Assembly (NCBI GenBank): GCA_963749495.1
Contig: CAVVMW010000023.1
Location: 256,001-320,000, forward strand
Direction of reading: 5' to 3'
Source: an uncultured bacterium
GTDB taxonomy: Bacteria; Verrucomicrobiota; Verrucomicrobiia; Limisphaerales; UBA8199
Length of the DNA: 64,000 nt
Position numbers and translations under genes: made by a program. The first letter of the stretch is position 1; every line of letters starts with the position of its first letter. The notes under the pieces are model-generated. The model was not told where the DNA came from and did no database searches. It was given only the letters and a program-made list of their open reading frames with translations. This document shows, piece by piece, positions 32,221 through 42,453 of the stretch.

Positions 32221-32970
32221 CCAGCGCCAGTTCTGGCACAGAGCCCATCCCGCCCCATTCACCAGCCCGACTGTGAGGATGAGGATGACGTTCCGCCAGT
32301 CCCGGCGCCCGGCCTCATAGGCCAGAAAGCCCAGGTAGAGCCCCAGGTGGGTAATGGCGGCCCGGTTGTCGTTGATGAGCCGGCGAAGATTCGGATTGGC
32401 ATGGAGGTCTTGATACTGCGCCTGCATCGTCTTGTAGAGCGGGAGAAAGACTTCCGGCAGACTGTCGAACAGAATCCTGGCCAGCCACGCTGCTCCCAGC
32501 CCGCACGCCAGCCGGAAGCACCAGTTCTGAATGCGCGCCGGCCGCCCGCAGCGGCACCAGGCCAGCAGGCAGGCCCCCAGCCCGGCCCACGGCACGCCGG
32601 CGATGAAAAGCCAGGCGAAACCGTAGGCCCTCGAGATCGGCACGCTTTGCCCCGCCGCCGTATTGGTCTGGAGGCGGCCGTCAAAGAAACTGGGCCACTG
32701 CATCCAGCCGCGGCTTCCGGAGATGCCAATCCCGATAGTCAGGGCCAGGATGATCCAGCCCGACGCATAGGGCCGAGATTGCCGGCCCCCCGGCTCGCGG
32801 GCGATGAACCACCAGGCCGTGCCCCAGGTCACGCCCGCAAAAATGCAGCCGTTCATCCCCCCGAACCCGGAGCAGCCCCGCACCGCCCAGGCCATCCCCC
32901 CGAGCGCCGCAAACAGCAGCACCGGCAGGACCAGGTCCTGCGCCAGATCCCGTTGGTTGTCTTTGCCCAT
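32221..32970 (-). pseudogene. 3'-truncated duplicate of the membrane protein
   Basis: Identical to 20092-21489 up to ALCQNWRW, then runs into insert sequence and stops at 32134. Confidence 0.9.
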
Positions 32971-33661
32971 ACTGTTCTTCACCGCGGAGCGGTGCCTGAT
33001 GGTAGCCGTGGACTTCCAGTCCACGGACCCATGGCTCCGCCCACCCGCGTCGCGTAGCGACGGCTGAAAACATCTGCCAGCGCCACGATGTCAGGCGTCG
33101 CTACGCGACGCGAGACCATTTCCACGCCCCAGACCGTGGACCGAGGTCCACGGCTACCTTCACCGCGTCGCGCCGCGACGCGGAACTCCCCCCGGACTTT
33201 GGTTGCGGGTCACATCCGCCTTGGAGAGTGCCTCGATCTCCTCTTGCGTGAGGTGCCGGAAGGCGCCTTTGGGCAAGTCGCCCAGCGGCAGCGGGCCGAT
33301 GGACACGCGAACCAATCGGAGCACCCCGGCGCCCAGCGCAGCCAGCAGGCGGCGGAGGTGGCGGTTGCGGCCCTCATCGAGCACGACCTCCAGCCAACTG
33401 GTCCGGCCGCCCCGGCGCAGGATGCGGGCCCGCTTTGCCGAAAGCCACTCGCCTTGGACCGCCACTCCCGCCTCCATCGAGCGGGCCAGTGGCTCGTCTG
33501 CCACGCGATCCACCTGGACATGATAGAGCTTATCAATGTGGCTGGCCGGGTCGGTCAGGCGCGCCGCCCAATCGGTGTCGTTGGTGAAGAGCAGCAGACC
33601 CTCGCTGGCCTGGTCGAGCCGGCCCACCGGCGCGACAAACGGCAGGCCCCGGCCCGCCAGG
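32221..33661. repeat. 1,441-bp direct repeat, right copy
   Basis: Matches 20740-22180. Confidence 0.95.
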
Positions 33662-33951
33662 CACTCGCAGACCGTCGCGCGGCCCTTCTCGTCCGAAACG
33701 GTGGTGACCAGTCCGCGCGGTTTGTTGAGCATCAGATAGACCTTCGCCCGGGGACGGACCTCCTGCGCGTCCACATCGAGCTGGTCGCCTTTGGGGTCCA
33801 CGCGCCACTCAGGGTCGCGGCGCACCACGCCGTTGACGCGCACGCGCCCGGCCTGGATGACCGCCCAGGCCCGGCTCCGCGAGCAGTAGCCCAGCTTCGA
33901 CAAGGCCCGCGCCAGGCCGGTCTTGCCGTGCGCCTGCAACCGAGGGTTCAA
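33160..33951 (-). CDS. rRNA pseudouridine synthase, RsuA/RluB family (intact copy)
   Basis: S4 domain LARALSKLGYCSRS, LNKPRG, catalytic GRLDQASEGLLLFTND, EGRNRHLRR; start approximate. Confidence 0.92.
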   Translation of the reverse strand: MNPRLQAHGKTGLARALSKLGYCSRSRAWAVIQAGRVRVNGVVRRDPEWRVDPKGDQLDVDAQEVRPRAKVYLMLNKPRGLVTTVSDEKGRATVCECLAGRGLPFVAPVGRLDQASEGLLLFTNDTDWAARLTDPASHIDKLYHVQVDRVADEPLARSMEAGVAVQGEWLSAKRARILRRGGRTSWLEVVLDEGRNRHLRRLLAALGAGVLRLVRVSIGPLPLGDLPKGAFRHLTQEEIEALSKADVTRNQSPGGVPRRGATR

Positions 33952-34092
33952 GGAAAGCCCGTTGGTCCGATGATTCAAGGCAAGTTGGCTGATTTGACTT
34001 GCGCCATGGACCCAATGTCTGTGGAGCACACCGGCAGGTCAAGGCGCAATCGGTTCGGGCCGCAATCGGATCGGGCCATCGGATCGGGCTTG

Positions 34093-34362
34093 GCCCGCGA
34101 TTAAAACTGTCGGTCGGCGCACGGCGGCTTTTTGCCCCGAAGGGGCTTCCGAGAATAGCCCGGCGTTTCAACGCCGGGTGAGCGGACCCAACGAGCCTGT
34201 CCGTCCCGAAGGGACGGCTGAAAGAAGCGAGTGTTCTCAGTCGTCCCTTCGGGACGAGGGTGCTTTGTGTGGCCTTCCCGGCGTTGAAACGCCGGGCTAT
34301 TGTCAGATGTCCCTCCGGGACAAAACTCCCGAGGCGCATGCCCGACGCTTTTAATCGCGCCG
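34093..34362. mobile_element. MITE family A copy (270 bp)
   Basis: Ends gcccgcgattaaaa / ttttaatcgcgccg; flanking 9-mers tcgggcttg / ccgggcttg (TSD-like). Confidence 0.85.
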
Positions 34363-34430
34363 CCGGGCTTGGCGCGCCTTGAATCCTCTTGCGTTGCGAT
34401 GCACATTGGCACGAGCGCGTGCCTGGTTTT

Positions 34431-35543
34431 ATGGATTGGCGCAAACCTTTTCTGGAGCATTTCGGTCCCGGCGTGCTTGGGGGCATCACGCTGCCGGACT
34501 GGCTGAGGCTCCTTCGAGCCGAGGGGGCGGGGATTGATTTCTCGCGCCTGCGCCGGGCCATTGCCATCACCGCACAAAGCATCAAGAATACGGGGATGGG
34601 GGCGGCGGAACACCGGCGCTATGACGCCGCAATCGAGAAGGTCACCCTCCAGCCGCCGCTTTTCGTCCTGGGCCATTGGCGAAGCGGCACCACGCATCTG
34701 CACGAGTTGATTGCCCAGGACGGCCGGTTCGCCTTCCCTAACACATACCAGGTCTCCTTCCCGCACACCTTCCTTTGCACGGAGCCAGCCGATGCGCGGA
34801 TGGTCTCGTTCTTCATTCCGAAAGAGAGGCCCATGGACGCAATGAGATTAAGCGTGGCATCCCCGCAAGAGGACGAATTCGGTGTTTGCGCGGCCAGTCT
34901 GAAATCGCCCTATCTGAGCATGGTCTTTCCGCGCCAGAGGGCGAAGTTCCAAAGGTATCTCACGTTTCGAGGAGTTGAGGCGGCGGAGATCGCGGCCTGG
35001 AGCGAGGCGCTCGTCCGGTTGCTCAAGAAGGTGCAATATCGCTCTGGCCGTCCCTTGGTTGTCAAGTCGCCGCCGCACACAGCCAGGCTGCGGTTGCTCC
35101 TCGAGCTGTTCCCGCAGGCCAGGTTCGTCCACATTCATCGGGACCCTTACCGGGTTTTCCAATCCACCCGTCGGCTCTTCCCGATCATGTTCGCGTGGCA
35201 CGGCCTGCAACGCCCGCCCCCGGCGGACCTGGACGAGTGGGTCCTCAGCCAATACCGGGAAATGTACGAGGCCTTCTTTGCCGACAGAAACCTGGTTCCC
35301 GCAGGCAGGCTGCACGAGATGAGTTTCGAAGCGTTGGAAAAAGATCCGGTCGGCGAAGTGGGAAAAATGTATGAGGCCCTCGGCCTCTTTGATTTCGAGG
35401 GCTTTCGGCTGGCGCTCCAAAGTTACGTCAATTCACTGGCCGGCTACCGCAAAAACACGTATGCGGACCTGCCCGCGGAACTCAAGGCAAGGATATTTGA
35501 CTCGTGGAGGTTCTGCTTCGAGGAATGGGGCTATGGCGCATGA
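34431..35543 (+). CDS. Sulfotransferase family protein
   Basis: PLFVLGHWRSGTTHLH PAPS loop, KSPPHTAR, HIHRDPY. Confidence 0.92.
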   Translation: MDWRKPFLEHFGPGVLGGITLPDWLRLLRAEGAGIDFSRLRRAIAITAQSIKNTGMGAAEHRRYDAAIEKVTLQPPLFVLGHWRSGTTHLHELIAQDGRFAFPNTYQVSFPHTFLCTEPADARMVSFFIPKERPMDAMRLSVASPQEDEFGVCAASLKSPYLSMVFPRQRAKFQRYLTFRGVEAAEIAAWSEALVRLLKKVQYRSGRPLVVKSPPHTARLRLLLELFPQARFVHIHRDPYRVFQSTRRLFPIMFAWHGLQRPPPADLDEWVLSQYREMYEAFFADRNLVPAGRLHEMSFEALEKDPVGEVGKMYEALGLFDFEGFRLALQSYVNSLAGYRKNTYADLPAELKARIFDSWRFCFEEWGYGA

Positions 35544-35603
35544 TTCGCCCTGAATCGAGAGAAAGTTTTTGTCAGAAGCCGCGCCGCCAGCTAGTTTTCC
35601 AAT

Positions 35604-36197
35604 ATGAACGCAATCGCGGAGACGCCGGCGGCCAGCCTGGGAGAAATGATAGTGCGCACCCCCGGCATTCTGGGTGGCAAGCCTCACCTCAAAGGGCACC
35701 GGGTGGGCGTCCACCGGGTGGCGGGTTGGTGGAAGCTGGGGTTGAGCGTTGAGGAGATTGGCGAGGAACTTCCGAGCCTGAGCCCTGCCGAGATCTTTGC
35801 AGCGCTGGCCTACTATCATCTGAACAAGGCAGAGATTGACCGTTATCTGGACGAGGAGCGAAGCCTGTGCCGCAATGGAACTCAGGAGGAACAACTCGCG
35901 GAATCCGGTTCGGAACGCAGATTCAGGGAGTTGGCTGCACAATGGCGGGCCGGGACGACGTTTTCGCCCTCAGTTCTCGAGATGGCCGTGCACCCGGCAT
36001 ACCAGCGCATCATCGGGATGGGAAGGACTGCGATCCCCTACATCCTCAGAGAACTCTCCCGGCAACCTGCCCACTGGTTCTGGGCTCTCAGGGCCATTAC
36101 GGGGGAGAATCCAGTCGCCGCCGGCGAACGAGGCAATATCTCCGGGATGACGCAGGCCTGGCTGGCCTGGGGAGCTCAGAACGGCTATGCCTTCTAG
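35604..36197 (+). CDS. DUF433 antitoxin-like domain fused to a small helical (HPAYQRIIGMG) domain
   Basis: IVRTPGILGGKPHLKGHRVGV...EIFAALAYY = DUF433; second half HPAYQRIIGMG...HWFWALRAITGENPV; TTGTCA-17-TAGTTT promoter 6 nt before the ATG. Confidence 0.75.
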   Translation: MNAIAETPAASLGEMIVRTPGILGGKPHLKGHRVGVHRVAGWWKLGLSVEEIGEELPSLSPAEIFAALAYYHLNKAEIDRYLDEERSLCRNGTQEEQLAESGSERRFRELAAQWRAGTTFSPSVLEMAVHPAYQRIIGMGRTAIPYILRELSRQPAHWFWALRAITGENPVAAGERGNISGMTQAWLAWGAQNGYAF

Positions 36198-36624
36198 CCC
36201 TCTTGACGAGGTTTTTCCTGGATTGGCCGGCACCGCCTTCCGGACGACCAGTCCCCCTGATCCAGGATACAATTGTGTTGCGTGGGCTGCGGGTGACACC
36301 ACAAAGTGGTGGGAGCCCGATCCCTGGGAAGAGTATTACTGGCCTCCGTCTGCGCCTCGCAAATACACGGTTCAGGCATACCAGGCAGCATTCGAGTCGT
36401 TGGGTTACGCGCTCTCCCCTGATGGTGCGCGCGACGACAACCGTGAGCGAATCGCCATCTTCTTGAAGGAGGGGATCCCTCGACACGTTTCACGACGGCT
36501 GGCCGATAGAACGTGGACGAGCAAGCTGGGCCAGAACATCGATATCAGTCACGAGCTGAATGCGCTCTGCGGCGACCTCTACGGTTCCGTGGACAGCATT
36601 ATGTGCAGGCCCGCCGCAGCATGA
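36187..36624 (+). CDS. Putative papain/NlpC-like fold protein (DUF7689-like), TA-toxin candidate
   Basis: YNCVAWAAG, RHVSR, WTSKLG motifs; overlaps the upstream gene. Confidence 0.65.
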   Translation: MPSSPLDEVFPGLAGTAFRTTSPPDPGYNCVAWAAGDTTKWWEPDPWEEYYWPPSAPRKYTVQAYQAAFESLGYALSPDGARDDNRERIAIFLKEGIPRHVSRRLADRTWTSKLGQNIDISHELNALCGDLYGSVDSIMCRPAAA

Positions 36625-36714
36625 CCATGGCCGCGCTTGTGGTTCCAGGCAGAACGGGAATCCCTCTTCAACAAGGCCTGGCCAAGCGGTTGCGACAGGG
36701 CTAACCTTGAGCAG

Positions 36715-39103
36715 ATGGTTCAGTGGTCGAGGAACAAAGCGGCGGTCTTCTATTGCGGCCTGCTGGCGTTCTCTGCAGGTGTGATCGGCTGCGGAGCAGC
36801 CTGGGCCGCCTCGCTGCCCGCGCCTGGGGCCTATTCGGGTTCTTCCAGTTGCCGGGAGTGCCACCAGGAGTTTTACCGGTTGTGGGCGCCTTCGCATCAC
36901 GGGCTGGCGATGCGGGCATACGCGCTGGCGCGGACCAACCTGGTCGAGCAAAAAGCCCCGCTCCAGGCCGGCACGAACAGTTTCCAGGCTGACATTGCCC
37001 AGGGAGTCGTCGTCGAGCGCGGTCCTGGTGGACGGCGGAGCTATCGCATCGAGCAGGCGATGGGCGGCAAGAACGTCTTTTATTTCCTGACCCCGTTGGA
37101 GCGCGGGCGGCTGCAGGTCTTGCCGGTGGGTTTCGATTTGCGGCGCAAGGAGTGGTTCGACGTGGCGCGCAGCGCGGTGCGCCATGTTGCCATGGGGCCG
37201 GACGAGGCCCTGCACTGGACCGAATCGCCTTACACGTTCAACACCGCGTGTTTCAGTTGCCACGTCAGCCAACTCACCAATCACTACCGGATTGAGACGG
37301 ACAGCTACCAGAACGTCCTGGGCGGAGCCCGGCATCAATTGCGAAACCTGCCACGGCCCGGCGGCCGAGCACGCGCGGCTGGCCAGCCAAACGCCCAAGG
37401 GCCGGCCGCTCAAGGACCTCAAGCTGGTGAGCCTCAAGACGGCCTCGCCCGAGCAACTCAACTCGCTGTGCGGCGCCTGCCATGCCAAAATCACTCCGCT
37501 GGCCGGCTCGTTTTCCCCCGGTGACCGCTTTTTCGACCACTTCAGCCTGGCCGCCCTCGAGCAGGCCGACTTCTACCCGGACGGGCGCGACCTGGGCGAG
37601 AACTTCACATTCACGTCGTGGCGGTTAAGTCCCTGCCTCAAGTCGGGCAAGCTGCACTGCGGGCTTTGCCACACCTCCAGCGGGCGCAACCGGTTTCCAG
37701 GCGGGCAGGCGGACGCCGCCTGTCTGCCCTGCCACCAGGACAAGGTGAGCAATGCGGCGGCGCACTCGCGGCACAAGGCGGGGAGCCAGGCCGCCCAGTG
37801 CGTTGCCTGTCACATGCCGACGACGGAATTTGCGCGGATGCGGCGCACGGACCACTCGATGCGCCCGCCGATGCCGGGGGCCACGCTGGCCTGGGGCTCG
37901 CCCAATGCCTGCAATCTCTGCCACACCAACCAGACCGCAGCCTGGGCGGATCTACGGGTACGCCAATGGCACGCGGCCGATTACCAGGCGCCCACGCTCC
38001 AGCGCGCGGGCTGGGTCGCCGCCGCCCGCAAAGGCGACTGGTCCAGGCTGCCCGAGATGGTCAAGTACCTCGCCAGCCCAGGGCGCGAGGAGATCTGGGC
38101 CGCCTCGCTCCTGCAGTTGCTCAACGGTTGCGAGGACGAGGCAAAATGGGAGGGCATCAAACCGTGCCTCAACGACCCCTCGCCTCTGGTGCGCGCGGCG
38201 GCGGCCCAGGCCCTGGGCGAGGGGTTGCGGGCGGAGTTCATTCCCTTGCTGGCGGCCGCCACGCGGGATGAGTTCCGCCTCGTGCGCCTGCGGGCTGCTT
38301 ATGCGCTGGCGGGTGCGCCGCAGGACCTGGCGGGTCCAGGGGCGCAGCCAGGATGGCCCGGCCAGGATGAAGACCGCCCGGCCGTGAGCAAGGCCACCGA
38401 TGAGTTGCTCGCCTCGTTCCTGGCCCGTCCCGACGATGCCGCGTCCTACCACAACCTGGGTAACTTCCGGCTCCAGCGCCACGAGCACGCCGCGGCCATC
38501 GAGGCCTTCAATGCGGCCTCGAGGCTGCAGCCGCGCGACATCTCCCCCCTGGTCAACGTCTCGGTGGCCTACAACCTGGCCGGCCGCAACGACCAGGCCG
38601 AGGCCAGCCTCCGGCAGGCCCTCCGCCTCGCCCCGACCAACGCCGCGGTCCACCTCAACCTGGGCATGCTCCTGGCCGAGATGGAGAGATTTTCCGAGGC
38701 CGAGGCGGCCTTTCGCGCGGCCTTCAAGAGCGATCCGAAGTCCGCCCAGGCCGCCTACAATCTGGGCGTGTTGTTGGCAAAAGACCGGCCCGAGGAGGCC
38801 CTGGAATGGTGCCGCCGCGCCGCGCAGTTGCGTCCGCAGGATCCCAAATACGCCTATACGCTGGGGTTTTATCAATATCAGCAAGGCAAGACTGCCGAGG
38901 CGGCGGCGACGCTGGAGAGGCTCGCGCAGCAGGAGCCGCCCGCCGGTGAGGGTTACGCCCTCCTGGGCCGGATCTATGAAGCGCAGGGCCAGCCTGCCAA
39001 GGCGCTGGCGGTCTATAGCCGGGCGGTCCGAAACGGAAAGCTGGCCGAGGAGGAACGGGCGCAGTTCGCCGAGCGCGCCCGGCGGCTCGAGGAGGGCAGG
39101 TGA
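36715..39103 (+). CDS. Multiheme cytochrome c + HEAT + TPR protein, frameshift near 37315
   Basis: 8 CxxCH motifs across two frames (CRECH, CFSCH, CETCH, CGACH, CGLCH, CLPCH, CVACH, CNLCH); DPSPLVRAAAAQAL HEAT; TPRs. Confidence 0.88.
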
Positions 39104-39266
39104 GGGAGCGGCGATTGGGACGGGTCGGACAGCCCGGACCGGTCAGACGTGGTGTGCAGGACAAGTGCTCCTGTTCTGCCGGGATTCTGCCGACGCGAAG
39201 GACAGGACCACCGCCAGCCTGTCAACAAATCCCGGCACGTTAGAGCTCGCGAGACCGGGCTTTGCT

Positions 39267-39310
39267 GCTCCCTCTCCCCGTCGGACGGGGAGAGGGCCGG
39301 GGTGAGGGGC
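39267..39310. repeat. REP-like unit, family C
   Basis: ccctctccccgtcggacggggagagggccggggtgaggg; also at 47.5, 51.7 and 62.5 kb. Confidence 0.8.
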
Positions 39311-39561
39311 AGGCTGCGAGCGATCACGGCGGGTTGCCCCAGGCAGCGCCGGCCGTCACGCCGGCTCCCCCAAAAAAAGAGCGGCCCGCCGAACGCGGAC
39401 CGCTCCCAACCGTGCCAAAACCAAGCACAACACCAACACGCATCAACGACCAAAACCCAACACGAACAATGGATTAGAACGTCTCCCGGGCAATTTGTTC
39501 AATTTTTTGTCTCGCTCCCCGGGCCGGGCGGAGGTAGAGTGGGAGCAAGAAAGGCAAGACT

Positions 39562-40038
39562 ATGAGGAAGATTGGCTTGACCCTCTGCCTGGCATTGGCC
39601 CTTGGCAGCAACGCAATGGCCCATGGCCATTGTCACGGATGGTGCTTTTGGCCCCGGTTCTCGATCGAGTTTGGTCTTGGGGCTCTGTTCGGGTGTTCGC
39701 TGCGGGTCGGCCCGGATTACTGCCATGCTAGCAGCTACCCGGCCTGCAGTTGCGTTTATGCGCAGCCGGCCTATGTTTCTGCCCCGCCGACACCACTTCC
39801 GCCACCCCCAGAGGCGCCCGCCTTCATCCCCGACCAGGCACCCTCGGCTGCCGACTGGGTGCCCAGCACTCCTGGGGCCGGCCATTGGGTGCCTGACCCC
39901 GCTCCATACTCCTACACACCCCCGCCGCCGGTCCGCACAACGGCCCAACCCAGCCCCAGGGCCGTCCCTCGGCAAATCGTCACCGCCACCCGGTCCGCCG
40001 ACGGAATCCTAATCTACTCCATCACTCATTCGCATTGA
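39562..40038 (+). CDS. Secreted proline-rich hypothetical protein
   Basis: Signal peptide MRKIGLTLCLALALGSNAMA; Pro/Tyr-rich; GHWV motif. Confidence 0.7.
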   Translation: MRKIGLTLCLALALGSNAMAHGHCHGWCFWPRFSIEFGLGALFGCSLRVGPDYCHASSYPACSCVYAQPAYVSAPPTPLPPPPEAPAFIPDQAPSAADWVPSTPGAGHWVPDPAPYSYTPPPPVRTTAQPSPRAVPRQIVTATRSADGILIYSITHSH

Positions 40039-40099
40039 ATGGTTGAGCGCCATGCGGAATTAGTTTGACTGGCCAGCACCAGCCGATAGACTCCTGCCG

Positions 40100-40540
40100 A
40101 TGGCCCAGCAACCGCAACAGCTCCGCGAGCTTTTTTGCCGGCGATACAACTGTTCCCCATCAGACTACCCCGAGTTGGCCTTCCGCAAGTGTCTCTACTG
40201 GCACGCCAAACCCCTGAGGCCCATCCTCCGCGTGCTGAACCCGGACTTCTTCTTCGAGGACATGAAGTTCATCGAGGCCCTGGGCCTGGCGGTGGACGCG
40301 AGAGAAGCGAGGGCGGACGCGGCGAATTTTCGGGACGTCAATCGCCACGCGCGGGGCTTTTTGCGCAATGCCTGGCGGCTCCGGGTGTCCGGCCGCAAGG
40401 CGCTGCACTTGGCCTGGGACCTCTTTGGGGTGAAACGGGCGCATGTGCCGCCGCTCGGGCCTGACGAGGACCGGCCCGGCAGCCACGCCGCGTCCCCCTC
40501 CGCCGGCGCCGAGGGTGAAACGACGGACCAACACGAATGA
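40100..40540 (+). CDS. Hypothetical protein
   Basis: 146-aa ORF; TTGACT-16-TAGACT just upstream; ATGA overlap with the next gene. Confidence 0.7.
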   Translation: MAQQPQQLRELFCRRYNCSPSDYPELAFRKCLYWHAKPLRPILRVLNPDFFFEDMKFIEALGLAVDAREARADAANFRDVNRHARGFLRNAWRLRVSGRKALHLAWDLFGVKRAHVPPLGPDEDRPGSHAASPSAGAEGETTDQHE

Positions 40541-41595
40541 GGAGAGGTGGCGCCGCCAAAGTGGACGTCATGTTCGATGCGTCCTGGTGGAGCAGGTTCT
40601 ACGGGATAGCCTTCGACGAGAGCTACGTGCGGGCGCACCCGCGCCGGCGGGCTGAGTTGGAGGGCCGGATGCAGCGGGCGCTCTGGGAGCGGTTTGGCTC
40701 TGTGGGCCTGGGCACCGCCAGCGCCGAGCCGGTCCCGGTCATCTCCACCCGCATGACACCCCTGTGCCACCTCGTCGGCGAGGTGCTCGGCTGCGCCACC
40801 TGGTTTTCCCCGGGCAACACGCCCTGCACCGTCCCGCTCGGGCTGGGCCAGGCCCAGTTGGAGGCCCTGGAACCGCCAAAGGCCATCGACACCCCGGTCA
40901 TGCAGAAGCTGGCCGCAGACATGGACTGGCTCCAGCGCGAGTACGGGCATGTCGAGGGAGACCTCAACCCCCAGGGCGTCCTCAACAACGCGATGTGCGT
41001 GGCCGGCGCCGAGGTCCTGGTGTGGTTCCTCACCGACCCCAGCCTGGCCAGGCGGCTGTTGCGCCTGGTCACCGGGACGATGACCCAGGTGGTCGAGGCG
41101 ATTCGCAGCCGCACCGGCACCAGTTCCATCTCGGTCACCAACATCGTCGCCCAGATCGACCCGGCCCTCTTTGTGACCAGCAACTGCAGCACCACACTCA
41201 TTTCCCCGGCCACCTACCGTGACTTCCTGCTCGAATGCGACCAGGCCCTGGCCCAGGCCCTGCCGCCCTTCGGCATCCACCATTGCGGGATGGACCTGGC
41301 CAGAATGGCCCCCGAATACCGGAAGGTGCGCGGCCTGGAGTTCCTCGAGGTGGGTTGGGGCTCGGATGTGCGCCTGGTCCGGCGCCTCTTCCCGGACACC
41401 CACCTCAACGCCCGCTATAGCCCGCTCAAGATGCGCCACGCCGCTCCCGCCGCCATCGAGCGGGACGTCCATGCCCTCATCGATGCCGGCAAACCCCTCG
41501 ACAAACTCTCCCTCTCCATCCTCGGCCTGGACGACACCGTCCCGGATGAGAACGTGCTGGCCTTCTTCAAAGCCGCGGACAAGCACTGGACATAG
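40537..41595 (+). CDS. Uroporphyrinogen decarboxylase / MtaA-like family protein
   Basis: QGVLNNA, SNCSTTLISPATYRDFLL, GIHHCG, DDTVPDENV. Confidence 0.8.
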   Translation: MRRGGAAKVDVMFDASWWSRFYGIAFDESYVRAHPRRRAELEGRMQRALWERFGSVGLGTASAEPVPVISTRMTPLCHLVGEVLGCATWFSPGNTPCTVPLGLGQAQLEALEPPKAIDTPVMQKLAADMDWLQREYGHVEGDLNPQGVLNNAMCVAGAEVLVWFLTDPSLARRLLRLVTGTMTQVVEAIRSRTGTSSISVTNIVAQIDPALFVTSNCSTTLISPATYRDFLLECDQALAQALPPFGIHHCGMDLARMAPEYRKVRGLEFLEVGWGSDVRLVRRLFPDTHLNARYSPLKMRHAAPAAIERDVHALIDAGKPLDKLSLSILGLDDTVPDENVLAFFKAADKHWT

Positions 41596-41874
41596 CAGAT
41601 CCGCTCCGCAGTGAAGCGGACCGGACACGAGTGAACCCCGGCTCCCAATGCCTTCTTATTTCCCAGACGAGGGGCGAATTGGCAACCTAATCTCATTCGC
41701 AATTGTCAAAAGTTTAGATCCGACCCCAATGCCTTCCCCTCTGCGACAATCCGGTTCATGAATGCAAATCTCAGATCCATGCGGGCGGTCGAATCCAGGA
41801 ACCCAAGGACCACTTCATCCGAGCCCAAAGCCCGGAATATTGATTGAACACGAGGAATTTCACCCCAAGCCCCT

Positions 41875-42129
41875 ATGCCTCCGACCATCCAATTTCAGGA
41901 AGTCCCCATCTGCCAGCATTTTGAGTTTCGTGGCCGTCGATGTCGAAAACTCGCGCTGAACATGGCCAGTGATGAAGACCGGAACGGCACCATGTTCCAG
42001 GCTGAAACCGAAGTGCTGCGGCCATCTTCTCAGTTGCCAATACACCAAATAGGAGAGGTCGTTCTTAACGGTGCCCGTCAATTGACGGGAGAGCAAAAGA
42101 CGCAGTCGGACCAAAAAACGGTTGTTTGA
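41875..42129 (+). CDS. Small hypothetical protein
   Basis: 84-aa ORF with a plausible beta-rich N-terminus (FEFRGRRCRK). Confidence 0.4.
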   Translation: MPPTIQFQEVPICQHFEFRGRRCRKLALNMASDEDRNGTMFQAETEVLRPSSQLPIHQIGEVVLNGARQLTGEQKTQSDQKTVV

Positions 42130-42453
42130 TCGCGGCAAAAGCATAATATGAGTTCCATGGGGCCCAAGAGCAGGGGCCGCCAGGCAGCGGGAGAAGTGGT
42201 TACGAACGGCCTCAGCCGGAACGAAGTAACCAACGCAGCCAGGCGACGGGCTGAAAAAACATGAAATCGATGACAGTGCCACAGGGGAATCGCGAATACG
42301 CCCTTCGTAACGGTTCACTCGCCTTTGAGCCGCCCGAACTTCAGGCGCCTGCCTCTGTGTCCTCACCAAAACCCTGCTCAGGGCCCGGAGACGGTTCCCT
42401 CGCCCTCTTCCGGGAATTAAGGAAATACGCTGGGCGCCTGCTACTCTGAGCCA

